IMG/VR virus record: IMGVR_UViG_3300036770_005214
Location: 32,001 to 96,000 of that record
Length of the DNA stretch: 64,000 nt
Source: a virus
Direction: 5' to 3' (one strand)
The first letter of the stretch is position 1. Every line of letters begins with the position of its first letter. A program made the position numbers and the translations under genes. Shown here piece after piece: positions 37,010 to 46,023 of this stretch. Under the pieces are notes generated by a model that saw only the letters and a list, made by a program, of their open reading frames with translations, ran no database searches and was not told the DNA's origin.

Positions 37010-37690
37010 GTGGCCAGCTTCGACGACGACGAAGATCAAGACATCCAGGGCAAGTACCGACGGGCGTGCGCCACGCTGGGCGTCTCGCTGCCGAAGACTG
37101 CCCCGAAGACCCCCCGTGCCGAACAGGAGCAGGTGCTCACGCGCTGGAAGGACGGGGTACTCAAGAAGGCTTGGCAGGCTGCCGCGAAGCAGTGGCACCC
37201 CGACACGCCCACCGGCAACGCGGACAAGTTTAAGTCCGCAAAGGAGGCGTATGACCTGCTGGCCGGGCTCCAGTTGCGGCCCGAACGGCCGCCCGAGCCG
37301 CCCCCCGAAGTCGACCTCGACTTTGCGGACGTGCGTCCGAACCGGCGGCCTCCCCCCGCCGAGCCGGGAGCGGCATGGGCTCCCAGGGTCTCGCGGGGCT
37401 CGGACGGGGGCATGGTCATCGACGTGGGCTTCCTGTCGTTTGACGTCTCGGCGGTGCAGATGCAGGCGCTCGCCGAGGCGCGGAAGATGGCAGAACAGAT
37501 GCTCGAAGCTCGGCTAGAGAAGGAACGGAGAGCCCTGAAGAACCGGGTGCAGCGCGAGGCGACCGACAAGTTTATGGACCTGCTCGGCCCCATCCTCGAC
37601 GGCGTGCCGCTCGCTGACGCAGTGGACAAGCCAAAGCGCAAGCGAGCGGCGAAGAAACCTGGGTCCACGCGCACAACCGTCATCGGATAG
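37010..37690 (+). CDS. J-domain (DnaJ-like) co-chaperone
   Basis: LKKAWQAAAKQWHPD...KFKSAKEAYDLL; GGAGG RBS. Confidence 0.85.
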   Translation: MASFDDDEDQDIQGKYRRACATLGVSLPKTAPKTPRAEQEQVLTRWKDGVLKKAWQAAAKQWHPDTPTGNADKFKSAKEAYDLLAGLQLRPERPPEPPPEVDLDFADVRPNRRPPPAEPGAAWAPRVSRGSDGGMVIDVGFLSFDVSAVQMQALAEARKMAEQMLEARLEKERRALKNRVQREATDKFMDLLGPILDGVPLADAVDKPKRKRAAKKPGSTRTTVIG

Positions 37691-37692
37691 GC

Positions 37693-38403
37693 TCACCCGA
37701 TCTTCTGGTTGCGGACGGTGAGGGGCATCGCCAGCGACCAGTTGCCTTGGTCGGCGATCGCTTGCAAGGCATCCATGCGGTACACCGTCTTCTGCACCAG
37801 CGGGTTGCTATTCCCCGCGAGCCATGCACGGCGGGCGGCGATGTAGGCACGCGTCCAGGCCTTCTCGTCGCCTCCGTTCGCGGGGCTCTTCTCGGGGAAC
37901 TTGGCGCGGATGGTGTCAACGCCCTTCGGACCCGAGTGGATGCAGGTGTCGTACAGCACCAACACCGTCAGGGCGTGGCAGGCCTTCACGGCTTCCGCGT
38001 GGGCCATCGCCGGGGCGAAGTATTGCTCGTCGAATACCTCGTCCTGGGCCCTCTGCATGACCGGATCGGTGCCGGCGGCCTTCAGGGCGTCGATCAACTG
38101 CTGAACCGGCGCGGTGTACGGTCCGCCCGGCGTCTCTTTTGTGGACACGTTCCCGGCCAGGGTCGCCTCGTGGAGCCGAAGCTCGGCAGCGAGCCGGCCG
38201 CCGAGGGCGATGTACCGCTTCACCACGGCATCCAGGCTCCCGGCCTTGTCGGTACACTGGTGCTTTCCGTAGGAGATACCTGCGCCATCCTTCAGAATGG
38301 TGCAGGTGGCGTAGCTCGCCGCCGACGGAACCTTGCCCGTCTCGAAGATGGAGAGAACGCAGTCGATAACGTGCTTCTGGTCGTGTGACAGTTGCAGTGG
38401 CAT
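37693..38403 (-). CDS. GH46 chitosanase-like / lysozyme-fold endolysin
   Basis: IFETG...DGAGISYGKHQCT...DPVMQRAQ...YDTCIHSG. Confidence 0.8.
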   Translation of the reverse strand: MPLQLSHDQKHVIDCVLSIFETGKVPSAASYATCTILKDGAGISYGKHQCTDKAGSLDAVVKRYIALGGRLAAELRLHEATLAGNVSTKETPGGPYTAPVQQLIDALKAAGTDPVMQRAQDEVFDEQYFAPAMAHAEAVKACHALTVLVLYDTCIHSGPKGVDTIRAKFPEKSPANGGDEKAWTRAYIAARRAWLAGNSNPLVQKTVYRMDALQAIADQGNWSLAMPLTVRNQKIG

Positions 38404-38410
38404 GGGTCCC

Positions 38411-39301
38411 TCAAACGCTGAAGCGGACGACGCCGCGGATGTTGCTCGCCTTCACGTTGCGCTCGACATACTTGGCGGTGTCCCCCAGGTTTCCGCCCAC
38501 GCACGCGAGCGTGGTGGCGTCCTTCCACCCCAAGATCAGGTCCGTGTGGCCCGCCTTGGTCGCCGAGCCACCCGCGTCCGATCCCGACCCTTCCCGCGAC
38601 TGGAGCAGCAGCGAGCCCGTCAGGACCTCCGAGCCGGTGAGGGCCGATGCAGGCGTCCACAGCCCGAGCTTCTTCCCCTCGTCCTCTTGGCCCTGCGCCG
38701 CTCCGAACCAGTTTTTGAGCGGGTGCGCCGACCACGCCGAAGGGGTCGCCCAACGGAGCCCCATCGCTTCCGCCTGCGCCCACTGCGCCGACAGGGCGCA
38801 CCACGCGAGCCCCGTCCCCGCCTTGTCCTTCGCGATCGCGTAGTGCTCGACGTACTCGCCGACCAGCCCCGAGAGGGCCGGGCCCCGGTTGGAGGACGCC
38901 GGATTCTCGCGGATGCCGATGATGCTGACCATCGCCAGGGCCGCCGCACGCTGCACGGCGGATGCCCGGGGGTCGATCGCCCGCGTGGCCGTCTCCTGGC
39001 TCCCCTTGACCCAGGACTGCTCCGCCTGCTCGGCACGCAGCGCCAGCCGCCAGGGTGCTTCCGGCTGGTCAGGCGCCGGCGGGAGGCCCGTTGGTTGGGC
39101 CAGCAGCGACGCCCACGTCTTCTCTTCGACCACACCGTCTGCGGTCAGCTTCTTGGCGCCCTGGAACTGGATCACCTTGGCCTCGGTCCCGGGGCCGAAG
39201 CCCCCGTCCGCCGTGCAGGCGAACCCGTGCGCGGTCAGGCGCTCCTGACAGAGCTTGACGTCAGACCCCTGTGAACCCTTACGAATGGTCGCTTGCGGCA
39301 T
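38411..39301 (-). CDS. Peptidoglycan-binding domain plus CHAP/NlpC-P60-like amidase
   Basis: GSQGSDVKLCQERL..DGGFGPGTE..FQ...ADGVV; AWCA, GHT, GGN. Confidence 0.85.
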   Translation of the reverse strand: MPQATIRKGSQGSDVKLCQERLTAHGFACTADGGFGPGTEAKVIQFQGAKKLTADGVVEEKTWASLLAQPTGLPPAPDQPEAPWRLALRAEQAEQSWVKGSQETATRAIDPRASAVQRAAALAMVSIIGIRENPASSNRGPALSGLVGEYVEHYAIAKDKAGTGLAWCALSAQWAQAEAMGLRWATPSAWSAHPLKNWFGAAQGQEDEGKKLGLWTPASALTGSEVLTGSLLLQSREGSGSDAGGSATKAGHTDLILGWKDATTLACVGGNLGDTAKYVERNVKASNIRGVVRFSV

Positions 39302-39636
39302 GGCTATTCACTCTCCCGAGTGCATGGTAAGCGTATCGAGGTAGCGGAGGATAGGCATACCCCTTGGACCCCTTACTAGAGCCTACACCAGAACCTAGAC
39401 CTCTTACCCCAATATGCCGCGTTCGGGCTGGTGAATCGGCCCTGTTCGTAGTGAGAAGCCAGATCGACGATAACGGGGTATCACACCCCCTGGGGGGCTT
39501 CCTGACCCCCGACGGCATCTTCCACCCTCGCGGGGAGCCTTGCGACTTCGAGGTCGGCGCCGTCTTCCGCATCGGGGTCTCGGGTCCGACGACCCTCCAG
39601 ACCCCCGTCCCACCTACCGCACGTCGAGGAGCCCAC

Positions 39637-40203
39637 ATGGACCCGCAGCCCGAGCAGACCCCCGAGCACGCCCCGGAGCACACCACCGAGCACGCCCCCG
39701 AGCACGAGGCCCCCGCCCACGAGGCGCCCGCCCACGAGGGCAAGACGCACGCCAGCGCCGGGCTCCCGACGGGGGATGGCCCCGACTTCTCCGGTGCGCT
39801 TGGAGCGGCGGAAGCCCTCGGCGACAGCCCCTATGCCCCCTTCATCCTCTTGGCCATCGCGGCGATGACGGTGCTCGGCGGCAAGAAAGCATGGGACTTC
39901 TGGGGGGAGCGGAGCGAGCGCCAGCACCAACTGGAACTCAAGCGGCTCGACATCCAGGCCCAGCAGGCCGGGCTTCAGGGCGCCCAGCCGCCCCCCTGCC
40001 AAGTGAAGCAGGCCGAGACGGAGGCCCGCCTGACGGCCCTAGAGGAGGCCCTGAAGAGCGTCCAGCAGGCCACCGGGGGCCTCGGCGGCTTCGACCCCGA
40101 AGTCGTTGAGGAGATCGACAAGCGCCTCAAGCGGGTCGAGCGAGCCGAGAAGGCCCGCCGGGAGGAGGAGCGCGACGAGGAGCGCCGCGAGCGCAAGGGC
40201 TAG
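39637..40203 (+). CDS. Single-TM coiled-coil protein with PEH repeats (possible holin or lysis accessory)
   Basis: ATG 39637 after GAGGAG (frame open from 39364); TM PFILLAIAAMTVLGG. Confidence 0.6.
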   Translation: MDPQPEQTPEHAPEHTTEHAPEHEAPAHEAPAHEGKTHASAGLPTGDGPDFSGALGAAEALGDSPYAPFILLAIAAMTVLGGKKAWDFWGERSERQHQLELKRLDIQAQQAGLQGAQPPPCQVKQAETEARLTALEEALKSVQQATGGLGGFDPEVVEEIDKRLKRVERAEKARREEERDEERRERKG

Positions 40204-40376
40204 GCCTCGGCGGCCTCCACGTCGTCTAGCAGGGCGGCGAGGAGGATCGCCGGAACCCCATCGGGGGTCTCCAACGCCGCTACGATGCCCTCGGGCACAA
40301 TCAGCAGGTGGGCGTGGACCCATGCCACCCGCCCCCCTTCCAGCACGACCAACACATCGGCCTCGATGTCTTCCAC
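40200..40376 (-). CDS. Small hypothetical protein
   Basis: GTG start after GGAGGA. Confidence 0.45.
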   Translation of the reverse strand: MEDIEADVLVVLEGGRVAWVHAHLLIVPEGIVAALETPDGVPAILLAALLDDVEAAEA

Positions 40377-40441
40377 GACTCCTCCCCGACTGGGAACGGA
40401 ACCCATCCCGGTGCGGATGGACCCCGTGCGCAGCCGGGGAG

Positions 40442-40981
40442 CTAGGCCGTGAAGCCGTAGGACGTGCGCTGCGTCGGCACATGCCCCATCTCGGCCAGCG
40501 ACGAGGCGCGGAGCCCCGCATAGGGGTCATCTACCACGACAAGGTGGTCGAGCAGAAGGATCCCCACCGCCGCGCAGGCTTGGGCCAGCTTGGCGGTCAC
40601 GCCGATGTCTTCACGGCTCGGGGTCGGGTCGCCCGACGGGTGGTTGTGCGCGAGCACGATGCCGTAGGCGCCGGACCGGGGGCGGGTCAGCGCCCACCGG
40701 AGGATCGTCCGGGGGTCCACGATGGCGGCGCCGTCGGTCCCGGAGGAGAGGCGCGCCACGTCGAGGACCCGCAGCCGGCGGTCTACCGCGATCACTGCGA
40801 CGTGCTCGACCTCGTGCCCGGCAAGGTGGGGCACCAGGACGGAGATCGCGTCTTGCGGGGTGCGGATGCCCCCGCCTTGGGGAGCCTCGGTCAGCATCCG
40901 GGCGAGCCGGGCGGCCGTCTCGGGGTCTCGGGCGGCTAGCTCCCGCACGAGGGCGGCAGCGGTGCGGGCGGCGGCGGTCAC
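40442..40981 (-). CDS. radC: RadC-like JAB domain protein
   Basis: E...HNHPSGDPTPSREDI...LLDHLVV; GTGA overlap start. Confidence 0.92.
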   Translation of the reverse strand: MTAAARTAAALVRELAARDPETAARLARMLTEAPQGGGIRTPQDAISVLVPHLAGHEVEHVAVIAVDRRLRVLDVARLSSGTDGAAIVDPRTILRWALTRPRSGAYGIVLAHNHPSGDPTPSREDIGVTAKLAQACAAVGILLLDHLVVVDDPYAGLRASSLAEMGHVPTQRTSYGFTA

Positions 40982-41328
40982 TTGCCACCCCCCGGACCGT
41001 AGGAGGCCCAATCGGCTTTCCAGTTAGCCCCAGGGATCGAGCCGGCCGGGCGGCGGGCCCGGACCACCGCGTACCGGGATGCAGGGCTACGGCGCCGCTC
41101 CGCGGCCAGGACGGCGGCCCCGAAGGCCGCCCCGCTCGGGATGTCGACCAGCATCCGCACCCGGCGGCCTCGGGACGGGACGGTCAGGGGGTACATGCGC
41201 CCCGCGCCGTCCTCGGTGATCAGGTGGCCCCCGCGGACTGCGTAGAGCAGCCCGTCGGGAGCCGTGTACTTGCAGAGAGCCGGATCAGTGCCGGCGAGGG
41301 CCACGAGGGCGGGGGGAAGGTAGCGCAT
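40978..41328 (-). CDS. Hypothetical early-region protein
   Basis: GGAG RBS, coupled to radC. Confidence 0.6.
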   Translation of the reverse strand: MRYLPPALVALAGTDPALCKYTAPDGLLYAVRGGHLITEDGAGRMYPLTVPSRGRRVRMLVDIPSGAAFGAAVLAAERRRSPASRYAVVRARRPAGSIPGANWKADWASYGPGGGK

Positions 41329-41353
41329 GGGGTCTCCAGACTTGGGGGTTGGG

Positions 41354-41845
41354 CTAGTAGTGGTCGGGGCCAGCTTCGGCGGCCTCGCGGTCCTGCTCGT
41401 CTCGCCATGCGGCTTCCGCTGCGTCGAGGTCGCGCTCCTGGCGCAACAGGCGGGCCTCCTCGGCGACCTCTTGAGCGGCGTCTACCCAGACGCGGGGGGA
41501 AGCCGTGGCGCCTCTCGTCTCGGAGAGGACCCGCTCCGCGCGGCGGCGAAACTCCTTTGCAGGGAGCCCCGACTGACGGCGGTAGGCGATCCAGGCCTTG
41601 CGGTACTGGCGGAGGCCGTAAGCCTTCCAGTCGTAGGCCTCGGCGGCCTGACGGTCCCCCTCCGTCCACTCATCGGGATTCCGGTGCGGAACGCCCTGCT
41701 CGTGGTGGAGCGGGCAGCGGTGCAGAGTATCGAAGTCGGACAGTAGCCAGCCGCCATCGCAGGGGCAGAGATCCGGGTGGATATGGGCCCAGGCTCCCCC
41801 TTCCAGATCACGGTAGGCATTTCCCAGGAAGTCGCCCTCAAACAT
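41354..41845 (-). CDS. Hypothetical early-region protein (Cys/His cluster)
   Basis: CPCDGGWLLSDFDTLHRCPLH; directly after the repeated leader. Confidence 0.7.
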   Translation of the reverse strand: MFEGDFLGNAYRDLEGGAWAHIHPDLCPCDGGWLLSDFDTLHRCPLHHEQGVPHRNPDEWTEGDRQAAEAYDWKAYGLRQYRKAWIAYRRQSGLPAKEFRRRAERVLSETRGATASPRVWVDAAQEVAEEARLLRQERDLDAAEAAWRDEQDREAAEAGPDHY

Positions 41846-41851
41846 CGCATC

Positions 41852-41937
41852 CTCCCTTGCCGGCCGGGCACCGTTGCCGCCGGTGACTCTCTCTTATCCC
41901 CCTGGGTCCGAACCGTCAACCTAGACGGTGCATATTG
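41852..41937 (-). promoter_or_regulatory. Duplicated promoter/leader module, copy 1 (TTGACG-N17-TAAGAG)
   Basis: 31-bp block identical and 24-bp block with 1 mismatch versus 43251-43336. Confidence 0.75.
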
Positions 41938-42080
41938 CCGAAAGCGGGCTTTCTACCGTGATCCGCCGGGGGCCTTCCGCGCCCCCTGGCCCGCTCCCGC
42001 CCTCGCGGGGCGCCCTCGCGCCCGACCCCCAAGGGAAGCCCCAAGGGGGGTAGGAAGCTCCAAGGGGGGTAAGGGGATGG

Positions 42081-42461
42081 TCACTCAGGGTCGGGGGCCG
42101 AGTACCGGACGGTCCGATGCCCCTGGGTTCCGTCGGATGGGTCGGTGGCCCAGGTGTCGACGTGCCGGCGGAGGCCGCAGTGGGCGCAGGTATCAGTGTA
42201 GGCGATGCCGCCGCCCGAGCCGTAGACGGGCCCATCCTTCCAGGCGTGCTCCACATCGTCGCAGTCGGGCTCGGTCGGGTCGATCTGGACCTTGTGGCGG
42301 TCCCAGCCGTCGCCGTCGCTGTCGGCCACGAAAACCGTCAGCAGCACCGTGGCCTCGCACTCCCCCACCTCTGCCGCGGCGTAGGCCTCAGCGGCCTCGG
42401 TGGCGTCGGTGGCGTCGATCTCGGCATCTCCATACTCCTCGGACCGGCAACGGAACAACAT
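42081..42461 (-). CDS. Acidic hypothetical early-region protein
   Basis: ATG after GGAGGGAG; CAHC motif. Confidence 0.65.
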   Translation of the reverse strand: MLFRCRSEEYGDAEIDATDATEAAEAYAAAEVGECEATVLLTVFVADSDGDGWDRHKVQIDPTEPDCDDVEHAWKDGPVYGSGGGIAYTDTCAHCGLRRHVDTWATDPSDGTQGHRTVRYSAPDPE

Positions 42462-42567
42462 GGCTCCCTCCCTCGGGGCTTGTGCCCCTCTGACACCTCG
42501 ACCCCGCGGCGATGACGCCAGCGGGGCAAGGGGATGGAGCGGGGGAAGGGGATAAGGGGGGTCGGGG

Positions 42568-42837
42568 CTACCCCTCGACCACGAGCATGGCCGTCTGGTG
42601 CCCAGCGCCCTGCAACTCCGAAGCGGCTCGGCGCACCGCATCGAGGGCGGCCTGGAAGCGGTCCGGGCGGACCTCGGTCGCATCCCCCCCTAGCCATCGG
42701 GCCGCCCACGGCTCGCCGTTGGTCATCGTGTCCGCGAGCCCCGCTACCCGTTCGCACAGGTACTCAAGCTCCGCGGTCAGATCCCGCAAGTCCTCGGTTT
42801 CGTAGGCCTTCACGACCCTGGTTTCTTTCGTGCTCAT
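42568..42837 (-). CDS. Hypothetical early-region protein
   Basis: GGAGGACCT-ATG start. Confidence 0.65.
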   Translation of the reverse strand: MSTKETRVVKAYETEDLRDLTAELEYLCERVAGLADTMTNGEPWAARWLGGDATEVRPDRFQAALDAVRRAASELQGAGHQTAMLVVEG

Positions 42838-42875
42838 AGGTCCTCCGAAGGGCCCCATGGGGCCCGGTTGTGTCT

Positions 42876-43175
42876 TCAGGCCTTCGCTGCCGCCCAGGAC
42901 GCCCACGCCGCTGCCAGCGCCGCCCCGTTCGCGGTCCCTGCCAGCCGACGGGCCAGCGCCGGCGTCAGGACGGGCGCCCGGTCTCGCGCCAGCCGGGGAT
43001 GGTTGACCACCCCCCAAGCGACGGCGCGATCCTCGCCCACCGACGACAGCAGCCAGTCGACGGCGTGGCCCTGGTCGTCCGTCCAGGTGTAGGCCTCTCC
43101 CTCTCCCAGTACCCACCCGCCGCTCTTCCGACGGAGGGACAGGGCTTTGCGCCGCGAGGTCGTGATCGCGCTCAT
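42876..43175 (-). CDS. Hypothetical early-region protein
   Basis: GGAGGACCT-ATG start. Confidence 0.65.
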   Translation of the reverse strand: MSAITTSRRKALSLRRKSGGWVLGEGEAYTWTDDQGHAVDWLLSSVGEDRAVAWGVVNHPRLARDRAPVLTPALARRLAGTANGAALAAAWASWAAAKA

Positions 43176-43250
43176 AGGTCCTCCAAGGGGGCCCCGAAGG
43201 GCCCGGTTTGTGTGTGTGTCAGGCGAGGTCAGCGGTCGTCGTTAGGTCCT

Positions 43251-43336
43251 CTCCCTTGCCGGCCGGGCACCGTTGCCGCCGACACTCTCCATCTATCCCC
43301 CTCTCTCCGACACGTCAACCAAGACGGTGCATATTG
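43251..43336 (-). promoter_or_regulatory. Duplicated promoter/leader module, copy 2 (TTGACG-N17-TAGATG)
   Basis: Direct repeat of 41852-41937 at 1399-bp offset. Confidence 0.75.
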
Positions 43337-43493
43337 TCCAAAGTGACGGTTCTAACTAGGTCGGCCGGACCCTCCCCGGGGCGCTGGGGGGCCGTCGGGG
43401 CGGGGTCCGGGGCGGGGGGCGGGGGCGGGAGCCGGGGGGGTGGGCGCTCGCGAGGGAAAGGGGGTAAGCTAAGGGCGGAAGGGGGGAAGGGGC

Positions 43494-44501
43494 ATGGGGG
43501 GCTACGATCTCGTCGAGGGGGAAGGGGGTGGGCTGGCGAGGCCTGCCGAGTTTCGAGACCTGCTCCAGCAGGCAGGGGAAACGCTCGGGCGCAAGCTGTC
43601 GCCGCGGACCCGCCAGGAGTACGCCAAGGCCTTTCGGCACTTTGAGGCATGGGCCAACGGCATGGGGCTCCCGGCGCTGCCTACGACGCCCGTGGTGGCC
43701 TTGGTCTACGTCCAGTCGATGCGGCCGGACCTGGAGAAGGGGCAGATCTCCTTCTCCACCGTGACCATGCGCCTCGCGGCCCTGGCCGACGCCCAAGCCA
43801 CCGCCGGGGGTTTGCCCGTGACCTCGGACCCCAAGGTGAAGGAGCTACTGCGGGTGCTCCGCCGGGAGGTCGGCACCAAGCAAGTCCAGAAGGCTCCCCT
43901 GACGCTGAAGATGCTGGAACGGCTGCAACCCCTCTGGGAGGGCAACACGCTGACCCGGCGGCAACTCCAAGCCCGAGCCATCATCCTGCTCGGCTTCGCC
44001 CTGGCCGCCCGTCGGAGCGAACTGGTGGGGCTCGACCTCTCTGACCTTCGCTTGGAGGACGAGGGGATGGTGGTCCTGATCCGGCGGTCCAAGACCGACC
44101 AGGAAGGCAAGGGCGCCGAGCTAGGCGTACCGCGTGTGAGCGGGCCTCTGTGCCCCGTGGCCGCCGTCGAGGCCTGGGTGCGTCAGCTACCGCTCGACGT
44201 GGACGGGCCCTTGTTCCGCACCGTGGACCCCGCTGACGTCGCCACCACACAGCGCCTCTCGGAGCGTGCCGTCGCCCGCATCGTCCAGCGGGCCGCCAAG
44301 GTCTGCGGAGTCGACGCCGAACGCTTCGGGGCCCATTCCCTGCGAGCCGGCTACGTCACCGAGGCCGCTCGCAACGGCTATGACGCCACGCGGATCAGCT
44401 TCCAGACCCGTCACCGCTCCCTCGACCGCTTGAAGGGGTACATCCGCCGGGCGACCCTGTTCGAGCACAACGCCGGCGCGTTGCTCGGCCGGAAGGCTTG
44501 A
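43494..44501 (+). CDS. Cre-like tyrosine recombinase
   Basis: RRSEL, RRSKTDQEGKG, CPV, HSLRAGYVT, HRS...YIR. Confidence 0.92.
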   Translation: MGGYDLVEGEGGGLARPAEFRDLLQQAGETLGRKLSPRTRQEYAKAFRHFEAWANGMGLPALPTTPVVALVYVQSMRPDLEKGQISFSTVTMRLAALADAQATAGGLPVTSDPKVKELLRVLRREVGTKQVQKAPLTLKMLERLQPLWEGNTLTRRQLQARAIILLGFALAARRSELVGLDLSDLRLEDEGMVVLIRRSKTDQEGKGAELGVPRVSGPLCPVAAVEAWVRQLPLDVDGPLFRTVDPADVATTQRLSERAVARIVQRAAKVCGVDAERFGAHSLRAGYVTEAARNGYDATRISFQTRHRSLDRLKGYIRRATLFEHNAGALLGRKA

Positions 44502-44576
44502 GTTAGCTCACCCAGGGGCAGTATCGCCCTGCGGTCGCTCGGGTTTGGTTAGGCTGGCCCCCGAGCGTCCGCGCCT

Positions 44577-44744
44577 TCACCGCTTGCGGGGCAGGTGGGC
44601 GCCTTCTTCGATCTGCCCGGCTGCCCACGGAAAGGCCGCACTCGTCCACATGGGCTTGCCCTGCTCGCGTAGCCACGCCGCGATCAGCGTCCGTTCTTCC
44701 CGGCGAACAGCGTCGAGGACCCGTTCCAACTCGGCCGGGCTCAC
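44577..44744 (-). CDS. Small hypothetical protein
   Basis: GTGA-coupled; VSPAELERVLDAVRREERTLIAAWLRE. Confidence 0.45.
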   Translation of the reverse strand: MSPAELERVLDAVRREERTLIAAWLREQGKPMWTSAAFPWAAGQIEEGAHLPRKR

Positions 44745-44893
44745 TGGTCTCTCCGGGGGCGGTAGACCACCGGGATGCTCTCGACGTAGCGCCGGTACGC
44801 CTCCGTACCCATGCGGGCCTCCGGGGGGCTCGCCTCCTTGCCCTGCCGCCGCTGGTCCTCGCTCTGCTCCGCCTTCCCTCGCTTCCCTGTCAT
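44741..44893 (-). CDS. Small hypothetical protein (50 aa)
   Basis: ATG after GGAGG; stop overlaps the next start. Confidence 0.4.
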   Translation of the reverse strand: MTGKRGKAEQSEDQRRQGKEASPPEARMGTEAYRRYVESIPVVYRPRRDQ

Positions 44894-45231
44894 GCCCGCC
44901 TCCGCGTCTATTCTGCCCTACCGGGCGTGGGCTCGATAGAGGTCGACCGTTCCGAGTGCGGCCAGGACGCAGAAGACCGCTGTAGGCAGCAGGCAGCACA
45001 CCGAACCGGTAACCGTGGTCACGAGAACCCCCTGGCGCCTACCCTAGCCGGCGCGGTGTGAGGGGGCAAGAGTATGTCCGCAAAGTTGGTGGCGAACCCG
45101 ATGACCGCAAACGCACCCTTAGCGGACACACCTGCCACCGCGCACCCACGAGCACCCACGAGCACCAGCAGGCACCTCCGAGCACCCCCGAGGGGGTAGA
45201 AGGGGGCAGGGGGAGTGCCGCTAGAGGCAGG

Positions 45232-45259
45232 TTGACAGGCGATGATGGGAAGATAGGAT
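45232..45259 (+). promoter_or_regulatory. Sigma70-like promoter TTGACA-N16-TAGGAT
   Basis: Near-consensus hexamers upstream of ORF 45275. Confidence 0.55.
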
Positions 45260-45274
45260 GGAAGGGGAGCCAGG

Positions 45275-45532
45275 ATGAGCAAGAAGAACCTAGTCACGAT
45301 CCCGTCTTCAGTCCTCGACCGCGTATGCCGACTGCAACCGTGGGTGGAGGGGCAAGCCCTCGCCGGTACGAGCACTACCCGTTCGGTACTGCTACATGCG
45401 CTGGCCCTGGGTTTGGCGCAGATGGAGCACGCCTTCGCCAACGCGGAGCGGTTGCCGATGCCCGACCACCCCATCCCCTTGCCGGTCCCGACGAGCACCT
45501 TCCCGCCGCTGTCTGACGACGACGGAGAGTGA
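45275..45532 (+). CDS. Small protein, ribbon-helix-helix-like
   Basis: LVTIPSSVLDRV...RSVLLHALALGL. Confidence 0.55.
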   Translation: MSKKNLVTIPSSVLDRVCRLQPWVEGQALAGTSTTRSVLLHALALGLAQMEHAFANAERLPMPDHPIPLPVPTSTFPPLSDDDGE

Positions 45533-46023
45533 GCGTGGACGTCAAGCAGTTCATGGAGGCCGTCAAGGCCGACGCACGCCGTTGGGACGAGCGCCCTCGG
45601 TCGACGGAGGTCTACGCCCTGCTCACACGGGACGCCGAAGCGTGCCGCTTGTGGGTGTCGTCGCTGCGGCTCCTCGAAGAGTCGATCAACGTCGACATCG
45701 AGACGCGGGACCAGCAGGCCGCCACGCTGCGCAACGCGGGAGCCGTCAGCGAGTACGACACGCACCTCCAATGGCGGCGCAAGGCGCTGCGATTCCGGGG
45801 CGCCATCCGTAACCGCATCGTCGAGGCCGAGTACGAGCTACGCCGCCGCACGGGCTTGTCGGAGATGGTGGACCAGTTGATCGTGGGGGCGTTTCACCTG
45901 CTACGCGACGTCGCCGGCAGCGAAACGTGGGTGAAGGACTACCAGGAGTACAAGCGGCTGCGCCTCGGGCAGATTGGGCCGCTTAACGACGGGAGCGAGT
46001 CTTCTTCCCCACCGACTGACTGA
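45529..46023 (+). CDS. Hypothetical helical protein
   Basis: GTGA coupling. Confidence 0.65.
   Translation: MSVDVKQFMEAVKADARRWDERPRSTEVYALLTRDAEACRLWVSSLRLLEESINVDIETRDQQAATLRNAGAVSEYDTHLQWRRKALRFRGAIRNRIVEAEYELRRRTGLSEMVDQLIVGAFHLLRDVAGSETWVKDYQEYKRLRLGQIGPLNDGSESSSPPTD

Noticed and set aside
43228-43242. 15-bp match (acgacgaccgctgac) between the leader after promoter copy 2 and the start of gene 8618
   Set aside because: Short, GC-rich, single occurrence and no start codon; probably chance
40200-44501. Classical integron (tyrosine recombinase plus cassette-like array)
   Set aside because: Recombinase looks Cre-like without an IntI-type insertion, and no attC-like GTTRRRY/RYYYAAC palindromes were seen
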